Source: a virus. Taken from it: a stretch of DNA of 64,000 nucleotides. The position numbers and the translations under genes are program-made. Position 1 is the stretch's first letter. Each line of letters opens with the position of its first letter. The DNA is taken from positions 96,001 to 160,000 of the IMG/VR virus record IMGVR_UViG_3300035070_003385. The stretch is one strand, 5' to 3'. The notes below the pieces were generated by a model. The model searched no databases. It saw only the letters and a program-made list of their open reading frames with translations, and was not told where the DNA came from. Shown here piece after piece: positions 54,701-63,988 of this stretch.

Positions 54701-56897
54701 TATTACTGGAGCTCAAGGTGTACGTGGCTGGCAAGGCGTTATGGGCCGGCAAGGTTTTCAAGGTATCCGCGGGTTCACCGGTGCTGGTACTCAGGGTACG
54801 CAAGGTATCCAAGGTATTCAAGGTCGTCAAGGTATTCAAGGTCGTCAAGGTATTCAAGGTACTCAAGGACTTACTGGTCAAGGTCTCCAAGGTCAGGCCG
54901 GGTCAACACAAGGTGCTCAAGGTAATCAAGGTATTGCCGGCGAAGGTGGGGGAGATCCGTTACCTATAGGTCAAGAAGGTGAAGTATTATATAATACTCA
55001 AGATAATACGAACAAAGCTAAGTTTGACGATCTAGTTAACATAGAACCAATTATTGTAACTGCAGAAGACCAAGTGCCTGCTTACTTTACTGAACCAGGG
55101 CCTCCGCCACCGTCTAGCCAGGAGATCTTTAATAATTGGTATAGGTTTTCACACAATTCAGGAACCAATTACCCAGCAAATGCGTCAGACGTTACCGCAT
55201 CGCAATGGCAGTTTGACGCCGTAAACGATGAAATCGTTGGGTTAAACAACACTGGCACTGCCGTTGGTTTTGTTTCGGATCTTAAGTATTCATACTACAC
55301 CTTAACATCCACTTTAAGAAGTGGCCAATACGACAACGATACGATTGGCATTGTTCTTGCATTCACGACAGAAGGAACTCCTGGACAGCCAGATTACAGG
55401 GAACATACACTAACAGCATTCAGAACTGGTGGTGGTACTGAAGGCGGGCGCACATGGGGTGTTACATATAATGCTCAACCCGGCGTATCTGTCATTATTG
55501 CTAACGGTTCCACTGCGGTACCTACTACTGGTGTGTGGTTTACGCTTGGTTCTACGATCGTCGACGTGGATCGACAAGGTGATACAATAATTGTAAAGAC
55601 TTCTCCGTTTGGTAGCGCAACATTGAGCGCAGCTTCAACTCTCACTATTGATTTAACGGATGCAACATTCGTTGACGGTAACGGTGATCCAATTCTAGAA
55701 AGGTTTAGAGGTCCTCAAGCTTACGGTTACATGGCTTATAGCCAAGGGGATGCGAGATTTAGCGGTAATTTTAGTGGTGTTTCATCCACAGACAATGTTG
55801 TTTATGATGTTATATCTGGTAAAGTTTATGGCTCACAAGTAAGCCCGCCGTATTATAAAGAGTTAGTGGGAGCTGCATCGTTTAATGACATTGCAGAACC
55901 TGGCAGATTTTACAATAACCCAGACACTCGAATTACTACTTGGAAATCTTCATTTGATAACAACAATTACCTGATAGGAGGAAGTGGCGGTGGATCGCAA
56001 GGCGTCCAAGGTATTCAAGGAACAACCGGTGGCGGCTCAATCGATTGCGTAGACTGTGACTATGACGAGCCAACCGATACGAATAACAGTGTAGCAATAC
56101 ACTCAAAGCAGTCAATGTACCTATTCATCGATGATAATAACACCGCAGGAGAAGATTCAAATTACTTTGGTTTCTATAATAACCTTGATCCATACTCAGA
56201 TACGGTAAATAGAGATAATACCATTTTTAGAATCGATGAGGATGGTTCAGTTAGAACAACAAATACAATATATGCAACAACAAGCGGAATACGTTTCCCT
56301 GATGATGCATACGGTGGTAGCGGTGACACTGCAAAGATCTACCTAGGCAGTGCTGGGGGAGAAGCTACTCAGCTTACTCTTGAAGTGACCAACGATATAA
56401 ATGATGAGATACATCTAAAAGTTCCAGACGATGACGGTGTAAAGATCAACGGATACATCGTTTACCATGAAGGGAACCATGTATGTGGTAATACAGGCGG
56501 TGGCGATGGTGCTGGGCTTTCTTCAAGAACTAATCTGCTAGCAACTACATCTTCTTTGGCAGACAACGCAAGTGAAGATGTAAACCTAACCGGATTTAAA
56601 GGTTACGCAGTATATGCAATCACAACAGATAGGGCGGCTTGGGTTAGATTATATATTAATGCTGCATCAAGAACTGCTGATGCTAGTAGAAACGAATTGA
56701 CAGATCCGGACCCAGACGCAGGAGTAATCTTAGAAGTTATAACGAATGGTGCTGAAACCGTTGTTATTTCACCAGCAGTATTTGGATACAACGGCGAAGT
56801 TCCAGCAACAACAAATATACCAATGACGATTACAAATAAATCAGGATCGAGTGGAGCTGTCCAAGTAACTGTTACTGCTCTTCAATTAGAGGTATAA
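51723..56897 (+). CDS. giant collagen-like (Gly-X-Gln) fibre protein with globular C-terminal domains
   Basis: About 1000 aa of G-X-Q triplets interrupted by three related globular inserts; C-terminal [25 protein letters not shown] module. Confidence 0.85.
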   Translation: MAFPTSPSDGDTYVVGSVTFTYNAATNVWVRSGSGSVAIQGTQGTTGEQGTQGTTGEQGTQGAIGAGLQGEQGTQGSFGIQGQDGRGETGFQGLQGITGEQGIQGEQGVQGIQGWQGVQGLQGTIGEFGLQGLQGRRGIQGIQGFQGIQGLQGNQGIQGIQGIQGLQGNQGVQGMQGIQGIQGIQGLQGNQGVQGTGGLGEQGLQGTNGEQGIQGTAGYGNQGLQGIQGNLGFQGIQGTQGAQGNQGFQGPQGIQGEQGVQGVQGDFGFQGTTGVGFQGTVGQQGIQGIQGLQGSQGVQGTQGVQGIMGEQGLQGSQGLQGAFGPALNIIGAVGDVNVNPPNNPNTLLNAQFPSAGVGETVIDEASNDLWAYTGNNVWINVGPVRGVQGFQGMQGVQGVQGVQGMQGTQAPQGIQGNLGTQGSQGTQGIQGVQGIQGIQGVQGIQGEQGVQGLQGSPIQGMQGRQGIQGFDGIQGIQGEQGIQGIQGEQGVQGVQGMQGIQGTQGIQGGGGHQGLQGSQGLQGIQGIQGKTGDPFRIIGSIEDVNVNFPARTPEEIIREAFGPTLDGQPPTERPSIAGPDLSDGIIDRQLNEFWLWDGNEWINTGDIVGPQGIQGTANQGRQGIQGTQGVQGIQGRQGIQGIQGEQGLQGTAIQGSQGFQGIIGNRGFQGFQGIQGIQGTAIQGTQGMQGIQGRQGIQGNTGNPFRILGTVADVNQAPTFDPQVILETAFADAVPGDAVIDELTNDLWTFTPDDGGEWINVGNIVGPQGIQGIQGIQGIQGIQGVQGNAGEQGVQGIQGSYGRQGIQGTGNEGSQGVQGTTGAQGVQGLRGPGQGVQGIQGTATQGIQGIQGTRGVQGRQGIQGRQGLQGIQGRQGIQGLQGSQGVQGIQGLQGTQGRQGIQGIQGIQGVQGIQGIQGLQGIQGIQGRQGIQGIQGMQGRQGRQGIQGRQGTQGTQGRQGTQGIQGRRGAQGIQGRQGTRGATGYQGMQGRRGITGAQGVRGWQGVMGRQGFQGIRGFTGAGTQGTQGIQGIQGRQGIQGRQGIQGTQGLTGQGLQGQAGSTQGAQGNQGIAGEGGGDPLPIGQEGEVLYNTQDNTNKAKFDDLVNIEPIIVTAEDQVPAYFTEPGPPPPSSQEIFNNWYRFSHNSGTNYPANASDVTASQWQFDAVNDEIVGLNNTGTAVGFVSDLKYSYYTLTSTLRSGQYDNDTIGIVLAFTTEGTPGQPDYREHTLTAFRTGGGTEGGRTWGVTYNAQPGVSVIIANGSTAVPTTGVWFTLGSTIVDVDRQGDTIIVKTSPFGSATLSAASTLTIDLTDATFVDGNGDPILERFRGPQAYGYMAYSQGDARFSGNFSGVSSTDNVVYDVISGKVYGSQVSPPYYKELVGAASFNDIAEPGRFYNNPDTRITTWKSSFDNNNYLIGGSGGGSQGVQGIQGTTGGGSIDCVDCDYDEPTDTNNSVAIHSKQSMYLFIDDNNTAGEDSNYFGFYNNLDPYSDTVNRDNTIFRIDEDGSVRTTNTIYATTSGIRFPDDAYGGSGDTAKIYLGSAGGEATQLTLEVTNDINDEIHLKVPDDDGVKINGYIVYHEGNHVCGNTGGGDGAGLSSRTNLLATTSSLADNASEDVNLTGFKGYAVYAITTDRAAWVRLYINAASRTADASRNELTDPDPDAGVILEVITNGAETVVISPAVFGYNGEVPATTNIPMTITNKSGSSGAVQVTVTALQLEV
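51840..54945 (+). repeat. 9-bp-period collagen-coding repeat (CAAGGTATT-like)
   Basis: CAAGGN/CAGGGN recurring every 9 bp; exact 27-bp tandem duplication 51840-51893. Confidence 0.95.
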
Positions 56898-56900
56898 TAA

Positions 56901-58613
56901 ATGTTAAGAGAATGGATAGTTACTCTTTATAATCACGAGGATCTAGATGATTTTTATGATGATATGGAAACTCCTGGTGGTAGCTTATACATTCCTGACA
57001 GGGAAGTTACTGTTGAAAAAAAGAGACTTATAAGCCGCAATACTCATTATATGTTAACAGATGAAGAAGCCGAAGCGATAAAAAATGACAATAGGGTTCG
57101 TGGAGTCGATTTAGCAGAACTGGTAAATCTCACTATTCAGCCTTCCGGGTATAAGATAGAGGATGGTATATTTGCTAAAGATTGGGGTGCAGGTGGACCC
57201 CCATATACTTCTTTAACTGATTTAAATTGGGGTCTTTTACGCCAGTCTGAATCTTCCAATAGGTCAAATTGGGGCGATAACGGCACTCCTGAATTAACAT
57301 CCGATTTGATCATAACGGCATCTGGAAGAAATGTTGATGTAGTTATTTTTGATGGGCACATAGATCCAAATCACCCAGAATTTACTGTCAACTCAGATGG
57401 CTCTGGCGGATCGAGAATTAATCAATATAACTGGTTTCAAAACAACATAGGGTTTGGAACTGGTACATACACTTATACACCGTATGTTGATGGTAGTAAC
57501 GCTGCAAGGACTAGCGATAACGATCATGGTGTTCACGTGGGCGGAACCGTAGCAGGGAATACTCAAGGTTGGGCTCGAGACGCCAATATATACAATATAA
57601 ATCCACTTGGGTCAAATTCAAATTTTGGTACTCTTGGTCTAGACTCTTCAACTTATTGGGATTACGTAAGAGCTTGGCATAATAATAAACCAATTAATCC
57701 AGTGACTGGGAGGAAAAATCCTACTATTACAAATCATAGTTACGGGTCATCAATTACATACAATTCTGATGGTTTTGGGCCGGTGACTTCAGTAACTTTT
57801 CGTGGTGTAACGTACTCACCAGGAAGAGCACTAACCGTCGCAGAACTTCAAGCGCGAGGTTTCTTTACAAATGACACTTCACCCGGACCGATCCCGTATT
57901 ATTTTACATCATCAATTTCAGACTTTGAAGATGCAATAAACGATGGTATATTGACGATGTCAGCTGCAGGTAACGAATCGTGGAAAATAGTTAATCCTTC
58001 AGACCAAGACTATAACAATTCTTTTTTGGCAACATATAACGGTAGTAATTTTTTATGGTGGTTACATCGTGGAAACGGTATGGGTGCTGGCATTGATTCT
58101 AATATAACTGTTGGCGCTGTTGGGGTTAATGTAGAAGATTATAAAGGCAATTTTAGTAACTGCGGTAGCCAAGTAGATATATTTGCTGCTGGAACCGCAA
58201 TACAAAGCTCTCTTCACACTGTATCTGGCGAACAAGGTTCTACAGTTTATGACGCAAGAAACACTACTTACTATCTCGGGAAATACAGTGGTACGAGTAT
58301 GGCTTGTCCTCAGATATGTGGCATGTTAGCATGTCTTGCTGAACATTGGCCAAATATGACTCAGGCAGAAGCGACTCAGTGGCTCGTAGATTTTTGTAAC
58401 AAAAATCAAATGGGTGATACTGGCGCAGATAACGCAATGGACGTGCAAAGCTTGCAAGGGGCCCCAAACAAGTTTGCGAGATGGATCAATCAAAGGCCGG
58501 TCAACGGTGGAACATATCCTCGAAAAAACTTTAGACCGAGAACAGTTGATGACGACCCTGTTCATTATGGAAAAAGAGTGTACCCAAGACCTCGTATACG
58601 ACGAAGAGGTTAA
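56901..58613 (+). CDS. subtilisin-like serine protease (S8)
   Basis: Catalytic triad: VIFDGHID, DHGVHVGGTVAG, GTSMACP; oxyanion AAGNE. Confidence 0.93.
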   Translation: MLREWIVTLYNHEDLDDFYDDMETPGGSLYIPDREVTVEKKRLISRNTHYMLTDEEAEAIKNDNRVRGVDLAELVNLTIQPSGYKIEDGIFAKDWGAGGPPYTSLTDLNWGLLRQSESSNRSNWGDNGTPELTSDLIITASGRNVDVVIFDGHIDPNHPEFTVNSDGSGGSRINQYNWFQNNIGFGTGTYTYTPYVDGSNAARTSDNDHGVHVGGTVAGNTQGWARDANIYNINPLGSNSNFGTLGLDSSTYWDYVRAWHNNKPINPVTGRKNPTITNHSYGSSITYNSDGFGPVTSVTFRGVTYSPGRALTVAELQARGFFTNDTSPGPIPYYFTSSISDFEDAINDGILTMSAAGNESWKIVNPSDQDYNNSFLATYNGSNFLWWLHRGNGMGAGIDSNITVGAVGVNVEDYKGNFSNCGSQVDIFAAGTAIQSSLHTVSGEQGSTVYDARNTTYYLGKYSGTSMACPQICGMLACLAEHWPNMTQAEATQWLVDFCNKNQMGDTGADNAMDVQSLQGAPNKFARWINQRPVNGGTYPRKNFRPRTVDDDPVHYGKRVYPRPRIRRRG

Positions 58614-58619
58614 AAACTA

Positions 58620-58647
58620 TTGACATTTTTTAATATTAGTATATAAT
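58620..58647 (+). promoter_or_regulatory. sigma70-type promoter
   Basis: TTGACA-16bp-TATAAT. Confidence 0.7.
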
Positions 58648-58672
58648 AAAACAAATATTAAAGGAATCAAAA

Positions 58673-59341
58673 ATGTTTAATCACGTAGAGCACGGTTTAG
58701 TGCTCCCAAAACTCACTCGCAAGACTAGTGAAACAGGCCGTAAATATTTTACACCTGATGGTAATGCGTATCCATCTATTACAACGGTATTAGGTATCTT
58801 AAGTAAAGAAGGAATTTTGGCTTGGCGGGCTCGTGTTGGCGAAGAAGAAGCAAACAAAATTTCTCGTCAGGCTGCTGGGCGAGGAACGGCTGTTCACACA
58901 CTTGCAGAAGATTACCTAAACAATAAAGAAGATTGGAAAGGCAAACACATGCCTGCCAATTTGAACACATTCAACGATCTGCGTAAAGTTATCGACAATC
59001 GCATAGACAACGTATGGATGCAAGAAGAATTTCTTTATAGTGATAAATTAAAATGTGCAGGTCAGGTTGACTGCATTGCAGAGTATGATGGCGAGCTATC
59101 AATTATCGACTTTAAAACTTCTCGCAAACCCAAGAAAGAAGAATGGATCCAATCATATTTTATTCAGGCCTCTTTTTATGCGGCTGCGTTTTTTGAACGC
59201 ACGGGAATTCCAATCAAACAGGCCGTGATCCTAATCGCGGTTGACGGCTCGGAATCTCAAGTTTTTAAGATTAATACTTTTGATTACTTATCGCATTTTC
59301 TCGCAGTTCGTAAAAAATATAAAGAAATAAAAGGTGTTTAA
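58673..59341 (+). CDS. PD-(D/E)xK exonuclease (Cas4-like fold, conserved in T4-like phages)
   Basis: YPSITTVL, RGTAVH, AGQVDCIAE, IDFKTS, QASFYA. Confidence 0.88.
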   Translation: MFNHVEHGLVLPKLTRKTSETGRKYFTPDGNAYPSITTVLGILSKEGILAWRARVGEEEANKISRQAAGRGTAVHTLAEDYLNNKEDWKGKHMPANLNTFNDLRKVIDNRIDNVWMQEEFLYSDKLKCAGQVDCIAEYDGELSIIDFKTSRKPKKEEWIQSYFIQASFYAAAFFERTGIPIKQAVILIAVDGSESQVFKINTFDYLSHFLAVRKKYKEIKGV

Positions 59342-59353
59342 GGTAATTAACTA

Positions 59354-59405
59354 TTGACATTTCGTTTAGAATCAGTTATATTGATATTAACAAATGAAAA
59401 GGAAT
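59354..59405 (+). repeat. early promoter cassette, copy A (52 bp)
   Basis: 51/52 identical to 60813-60864; TTGACA-17-TATATT, GAATC, AAGGA RBS. Confidence 0.9.
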
Positions 59406-59410
59406 AGATT

Positions 59411-59716
59411 ATGACAAAGTTCAACAAAGAAGACTTCAACTACTACGGCGGATACCTTACATACACTGGTGAATATGAAGGTCGTCCAACATATGAAGAT
59501 AAGCCAGGAGTTCATCCTACACGCGTCGGCAAAGGTAAAGATCTTTTTATTGCGCGCTTCAAGCATAAAGGTCCAATCACTAAAGCAAAATTCCTGAAAG
59601 AGCTTATTAAAAACCATACTGTTGAGGATTATGCAAATGCTTATCTTTTTGGAATGGCTCCGATAGCTATCCTTAAAAATAAAAATCCAGCTTGGCATGA
59701 AAAGGCAATGGCATAA
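59411..59716 (+). CDS. hypothetical early protein
   Basis: YYGGYLTY, FIARFKHKGP motifs. Confidence 0.75.
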   Translation: MTKFNKEDFNYYGGYLTYTGEYEGRPTYEDKPGVHPTRVGKGKDLFIARFKHKGPITKAKFLKELIKNHTVEDYANAYLFGMAPIAILKNKNPAWHEKAMA

Positions 59717-59929
59717 ATGAAGTATTTTAAATCTAAATTTATTAATACCGTTGGGCATGCTTTTAATGGAACTGCGTGGACCTTTAAAGGCTGTGAAGTA
59801 ATAATGGACGAAACAGGGTTTGCATGTACTTGTATGAAAAGAATGAAATATAAATGCAATCATATAAAATCAGTAGAACTAGGAATTTTAGGAGTAGGAC
59901 AAACATACTATGAACTTATTCATTCTTGA
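59717..59929 (+). CDS. SWIM-type zinc-finger protein
   Basis: FACTC...KCNHI (CxC-n-CxH). Confidence 0.6.
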   Translation: MKYFKSKFINTVGHAFNGTAWTFKGCEVIMDETGFACTCMKRMKYKCNHIKSVELGILGVGQTYYELIHS

Positions 59930-60467
59930 TAAATCGCCAGTAAAATCTGCACAATTGCAGTGCGATAAGCATATTGTTAAAATGATTGTTGAATCAGCAC
60001 AAATGCTTTCAACGACCCACAGAATGCTAGACGGGGAGCTAGAACGCCGTCGATCAAAATCAGGCAAGACTGTAGTTAAGTACTGGAAGCTTCCTGACAG
60101 CCGTGAAAACTTCTTCTACAAGGCTGTTCATATGTACCATCCATGTACCGTATGGACCGCTGAATCTAATAACAATTATAATTGGCATTGGGTACATTTT
60201 GCTGCACTTTGTGATGAATATAAATATCGTTACGGAAAAATACACGCAACTGATAAATTACTTCGTGAAGAGCTACGTTCTTTACCCAAGAACATACCAA
60301 TTGGTCATTTGACACCACAGCCGTTAGCTATGAAAGCAAATCCTGAATGCATGGATCCAAATAACATTGTGGGTTCTTATAGAAAATTTTACCAAACAAA
60401 ACAGCATCGTTTTAAAATGGCTTGGACTAAAAGAGAAATACCAGAATGGTTTGAATTTGCTGCTTAA
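59910..60467 (+). CDS. pyrimidine-dimer DNA glycosylase-like (DenV family)
   Basis: MNLFILD, CDKHIVKM..ESAQML, HPCTVW, YRYGKIH. Confidence 0.78.
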   Translation: MNLFILDKSPVKSAQLQCDKHIVKMIVESAQMLSTTHRMLDGELERRRSKSGKTVVKYWKLPDSRENFFYKAVHMYHPCTVWTAESNNNYNWHWVHFAALCDEYKYRYGKIHATDKLLREELRSLPKNIPIGHLTPQPLAMKANPECMDPNNIVGSYRKFYQTKQHRFKMAWTKREIPEWFEFAA

Positions 60468-60494
60468 TTTTATAGTAGGAGAAAATAAATTTTA

Positions 60495-60794
60495 ATGCGA
60501 TATATAGTAGCCGAAGAAGAGCTCGGGGTTTTTTTAGGTGCCTTTAAAAATCACGGTGTTTTTGCAAAAACAGATATATTTGGTATATCAAAAGCCTTTA
60601 GTTTTAACACTAAAGAAGACGCTAAAGAATTTATAGACGATTACGCTGGTGAAAAAAAAGATACTTGGAAAATTATTGAAATAAAAACCAATAACAAATA
60701 TGTTGACGTTATTGATCTTATAAAAAACGGCCATGAAAAATATACACACGGAATGATAGACTCTATGCACATGTATTCTACTGAGCTACACTAA
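60495..60794 (+). CDS. hypothetical protein
   Basis: AGGAG RBS. Confidence 0.7.
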   Translation: MRYIVAEEELGVFLGAFKNHGVFAKTDIFGISKAFSFNTKEDAKEFIDDYAGEKKDTWKIIEIKTNNKYVDVIDLIKNGHEKYTHGMIDSMHMYSTELH

Positions 60795-60812
60795 TTTTTT
60801 TGATTTTATCCA

Positions 60813-60864
60813 TTGACATTTCATTTAGAATCAGTTATATTGATATTAACAAATGAAAAGGAAT
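60813..60864 (+). repeat. early promoter cassette, copy B (52 bp)
   Basis: 51/52 identical to 59354-59405. Confidence 0.9.
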
Positions 60865-60868
60865 CACA

Positions 60869-61045
60869 ATGGAATCTTATACTGTAAAAGCATATGTTTG
60901 GAAGAATGGATCTAAAGAATTGGTTGAATGGGCATCTGGATTTACACACCGCCAAGCAGATCAATACTTTAAAGCTCTTCGTGACTCCGAAAAATTTGCT
61001 AAAATTGAAATGTCTATGGATAAATTAAACGAAATTAACTATTGA
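60869..61045 (+). CDS. small early protein (58 aa)
   Basis: Hand translation MESYTVKAYVWKNGSKELVEWASGF...; follows cassette RBS. Confidence 0.7.
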   Translation: MESYTVKAYVWKNGSKELVEWASGFTHRQADQYFKALRDSEKFAKIEMSMDKLNEINY

Positions 61046-61070
61046 CATTCCGGATAGAATCAGATATAAT
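61042..61070 (+). promoter_or_regulatory. early promoter cassette with GAATC
   Basis: TTGACA-17bp-TATAAT; GAATC at 61057. Confidence 0.85.
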
Positions 61071-61106
61071 AATTATATCAAATGAAACCAAACTAGGATA
61101 TATATC

Positions 61107-62063
61107 ATGGCACACGAACTTGAAATGGTTAACGGCGAAGCACAAATGGCGTATCGCGCAAGCAAAGGTCTACCTTGGCACGGTCTTGGCACACCAGTAT
61201 CTGACGATATGACACCATTAGAAATGATGGATGCAGCTGGTCTTAACTGGGAAGTTGAAGAATCAGAATGTTTTGCGCGTTGGAATGGTGATAACGTACC
61301 AACTGGTCAAAAGGCACTCATTCGTTCAACGGATGGTAAAGTACTTACACAAGTTGGCGCTGGCTGGAACCCGGTACAAAACGCTGACGCATTTGAATTT
61401 TTTAATGATTTTGTTTCCGCAGGAGACATGCAAATGGATACGGCTGGTTCTTTAAAAGACGGCCGGTTGGTTTGGGCTTTGGCTGACGTAAAAGATGGCT
61501 TTTCTCTGTTTGGAGGAGACGAAGTAAAAGGTTATCTTTTATTTTCAAACCCCCATATGTATGGAAAGTCCATTGATATTAAATTCGTAATGGAACGTGT
61601 TGTTTGCAATAACACCTTGTCTGTTGCGTTAAACGAAGTTGGTCAGCCATCTGTTCGCGTTAATCATCGTTCAGTATTTAATCCTGATAGTGTCAAGGAA
61701 ATTCTTGGCCTAGGTCATAACAAAGTTGAAAAGTTTAAAGAAGCTGCAGAATTCCTTGGCTCAAAACGTTATACCGATAATCAACTTACTCAGTTCTTTG
61801 GAGTTGTTTTTGGCAAATCAACAAAAGAAAAAGAAGAGCTTGCACGCAACGCAAAAGAAGCGATGGACATCGTTGAAAATCAGCCAGGCGATCATTTTGT
61901 ACCAGGAACATGGTGGAATGCATATAATGCAGTTACTTACATGACAGACCATAAACTAGGTCGCTCAGCCGATACTCGTATGGCTTCTGCCTGGTTTGGT
62001 GGGAATGCAAAGCGTAAAGTTGATGCACTTAGCCTTGCTATAGAAATGGCGGAGACAGTATAA
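61107..62063 (+). CDS. DUF932/DUF945 family protein
   Basis: PWHGLG, MDTAGSL..GRLVWALA, RVVCNNTL, GTWWNAYNAVTY..DH. Confidence 0.85.
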   Translation: MAHELEMVNGEAQMAYRASKGLPWHGLGTPVSDDMTPLEMMDAAGLNWEVEESECFARWNGDNVPTGQKALIRSTDGKVLTQVGAGWNPVQNADAFEFFNDFVSAGDMQMDTAGSLKDGRLVWALADVKDGFSLFGGDEVKGYLLFSNPHMYGKSIDIKFVMERVVCNNTLSVALNEVGQPSVRVNHRSVFNPDSVKEILGLGHNKVEKFKEAAEFLGSKRYTDNQLTQFFGVVFGKSTKEKEELARNAKEAMDIVENQPGDHFVPGTWWNAYNAVTYMTDHKLGRSADTRMASAWFGGNAKRKVDALSLAIEMAETV

Positions 62064-62146
62064 TGAAAATTAAAAAAGTAATCTTTTGGGGAGTCTGGTT
62101 TGGACTCCTCCTTATTCTCATCGATCCATTGAAAATTATTAATTAA
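62063..62146 (+). CDS. tiny membrane peptide (27 aa)
   Basis: Hand translation MKIKKVIFWGVWFGLLLILIDPLKIIN; TAATG coupling. Confidence 0.4.
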   Translation: MKIKKVIFWGVWFGLLLILIDPLKIIN

Positions 62147-62170
62147 ATATCCTGCAATTTTTTTAATCTT

Positions 62171-62569
62171 TTGAATAAACACATAATAAACAAAAAAGGT
62201 GATTCATTGTTTTCAAGTAACCCATATTCTGCTTCCATAAATGCGTTGTTACAAGCGACTGCTTTATTTGCTTCGTCACAAGGTGTAATCTGGGCAATGT
62301 ATCCAGTTATGGTAATGATGTGTTATATGGCATTTATGCAATCTGTTGCGGCGGCAAGTTTATTTTCCGGATTTATTGAAAAAAATATTGGAAATAAAGA
62401 TGCAGATCTAAATCATAGCATTTCCATATTAGTAGCTTTTTTATATTTAACATCTTCTTATCAGACATATATTTTAGGATATGAAGTTATGTCTGGTATT
62501 ATGTTTGCGCATGCAACAATATTTTTAATTACAAACGTTCTTGGTGTTTTAAAGGAATATAAGGGTTAA
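62171..62569 (+). CDS. membrane protein
   Basis: Several hydrophobic helices. Confidence 0.65.
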   Translation: MNKHIINKKGDSLFSSNPYSASINALLQATALFASSQGVIWAMYPVMVMMCYMAFMQSVAAASLFSGFIEKNIGNKDADLNHSISILVAFLYLTSSYQTYILGYEVMSGIMFAHATIFLITNVLGVLKEYKG

Positions 62570-62572
62570 TTA

Positions 62573-63004
62573 ATGAAAATACTAATTTTTGGGCTTCCTG
62601 GAAGTGGTAAATCTACATTAGCAAAACCATTTGCAGAACTGGTAGGCGGTGTGCATATTAATGCAGATGATATTCGCTCACATTATAACGATTGGGACTT
62701 TAGTTTATCTGGAAGAATACGCCAAGCAGTTCGCATGAAACACTTATCTGATGGTGTTGTGATGGCTAATAAGATTGCGGTTACGGATTTCGTATGCCCC
62801 ACAGAAGCCGCGCGGGCCGCTTTTGAACCTGATTTTACAGTATGGATGGATACTATTAAAGAAAGTAAATTTAAAGATACCAACGATATTTTTGAAAAGC
62901 CTAATCAAGTAGATTACCATGTTAAGGAATGGTTTACAGATACCCATAATACATTAATGCTTGCTTTAAAAAGATATCAGCAATGGAAAGAAAACAATGT
63001 TTGA
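62573..63004 (+). CDS. P-loop kinase, adenylylsulfate-kinase-like
   Basis: GLPGSGKST, NADDIR, DWDFS..GRIRQA, DFVCPT. Confidence 0.7.
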   Translation: MKILIFGLPGSGKSTLAKPFAELVGGVHINADDIRSHYNDWDFSLSGRIRQAVRMKHLSDGVVMANKIAVTDFVCPTEAARAAFEPDFTVWMDTIKESKFKDTNDIFEKPNQVDYHVKEWFTDTHNTLMLALKRYQQWKENNV

Positions 63005-63407
63005 TTTACAAAAACCAACTACTATGCTACTTGGGAGGTGGCAGCCGTGGCATGACGGTCATACTGAATTATTCAAACGAGCATATGCAGAAACTGGGCA
63101 AGTATGTATTATGGTTCGTAACGTAAGTTTCATTGTTGGGCAGGATGCTGGCGCTGGGCGAACAGTTGCACAGGACGATAATCCTTTTAGTTATGATTAT
63201 GTAGTAGACGGTATTGAAGACGCTTTACATTCAGCAGGATTTACAAGAGGCACAGAATATGTTATAATGCAAGTACCAAATATTGTAGACATCAGTTATG
63301 GACGTGGCGTAGGATATACCTTGACAGAACACGATCTTGGTGATAAAATACATAATATAAGCGCAACTAAAATAAGAAAACAAATGAGAGAAGAAGGAAC
63401 ATTATGA
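62997..63407 (+). CDS. HxGH nucleotidyltransferase (cytidylyltransferase/NadM-like)
   Basis: LGRWQPWHDGH, DDNPF, ISATKIR. Confidence 0.75.
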   Translation: MFDLQKPTTMLLGRWQPWHDGHTELFKRAYAETGQVCIMVRNVSFIVGQDAGAGRTVAQDDNPFSYDYVVDGIEDALHSAGFTRGTEYVIMQVPNIVDISYGRGVGYTLTEHDLGDKIHNISATKIRKQMREEGTL

Positions 63408-63712
63408 ATATACAAACACCGCAGGCACTCCCTTCAACAATTACAGATCATGATCGAAAAGTTATTCAAAATGCTTTGCGAGAAATGTCAGACTCAATGA
63501 CTCGAATTTCTGCAGAAAAGGATTTACAAAAAGAAATTGCTGAAGCTATTCTTGAAAATGTAAATGTCCCAAAGAAAGACTTTAATAAATTAGCGCGCAT
63601 TTTTCATGCGTCAAGTATTATGGAAGAAGCTGCTCGTAATGAAGAATTCATGGGGTTTGCAGAAGCCGTGATGGCGCCAATTTCAAACAGAATTGAAAAT
63701 AAGGAAACATAA
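63404..63712 (+). CDS. dsbA: dsDNA-binding protein (T4 DsbA-like)
   Basis: EMSDSMTRI..EKD..KEI..KDFNKLARIFH pattern resembles T4 DsbA. Confidence 0.65.
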   Translation: MNIQTPQALPSTITDHDRKVIQNALREMSDSMTRISAEKDLQKEIAEAILENVNVPKKDFNKLARIFHASSIMEEAARNEEFMGFAEAVMAPISNRIENKET

Positions 63713-63741
63713 AGAATGAATAAGATTGTAAATATATTAAA

Positions 63742-63957
63742 ATGAAACCAAATACGCAATTTAATTTATCTGTAAAAGATATTGAACTAATTGAAAAGTC
63801 TTTAAGGGTTCAAATGCGCAATTTAAACATTCTTAAGGAAAAAGAAACGCACCATGTTCAATCGATTGAAGCCAAGTTAAGAGAAATAAATGAGCTGTTA
63901 GGCCGCATTCACAATCAAAAAAACTTTTATAGGCCAGGAAACAGATTTAATCTTTAA
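63742..63957 (+). CDS. hypothetical protein
   Basis: MKPNTQFNLSVKDIELIE..LLGRIHNQKNFYRP. Confidence 0.7.
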   Translation: MKPNTQFNLSVKDIELIEKSLRVQMRNLNILKEKETHHVQSIEAKLREINELLGRIHNQKNFYRPGNRFNL

Positions 63958-63958
63958 G

Positions 63959-63988
63959 AAACAGGAGTATTTAGGTACTCCTGTTTTT
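63959..63988 (+). terminator. rho-independent terminator
   Basis: AACAGGAGTA-TTTAGG-TACTCCTGTT then TTT. Confidence 0.85.

Noticed and set aside
51840-54945. CRISPR-like or satellite repeat array
   Set aside because: Repeats are in-frame codon triplets without unique spacers; fully explained by the Gly-X-Gln protein
51748-54969. Long alternative-frame and minus-strand ORFs (KVFKV.., TLNTL.., YLEYL.. repeats)
   Set aside because: Shadow ORFs produced by the 9-bp collagen periodicity; no independent RBS or family motifs
58673-59341. Cas4 / CRISPR adaptation gene
   Set aside because: No array, cas1 or cas2, and no four-Cys Fe-S cluster; matches the common T4-like PD-(D/E)xK exonuclease
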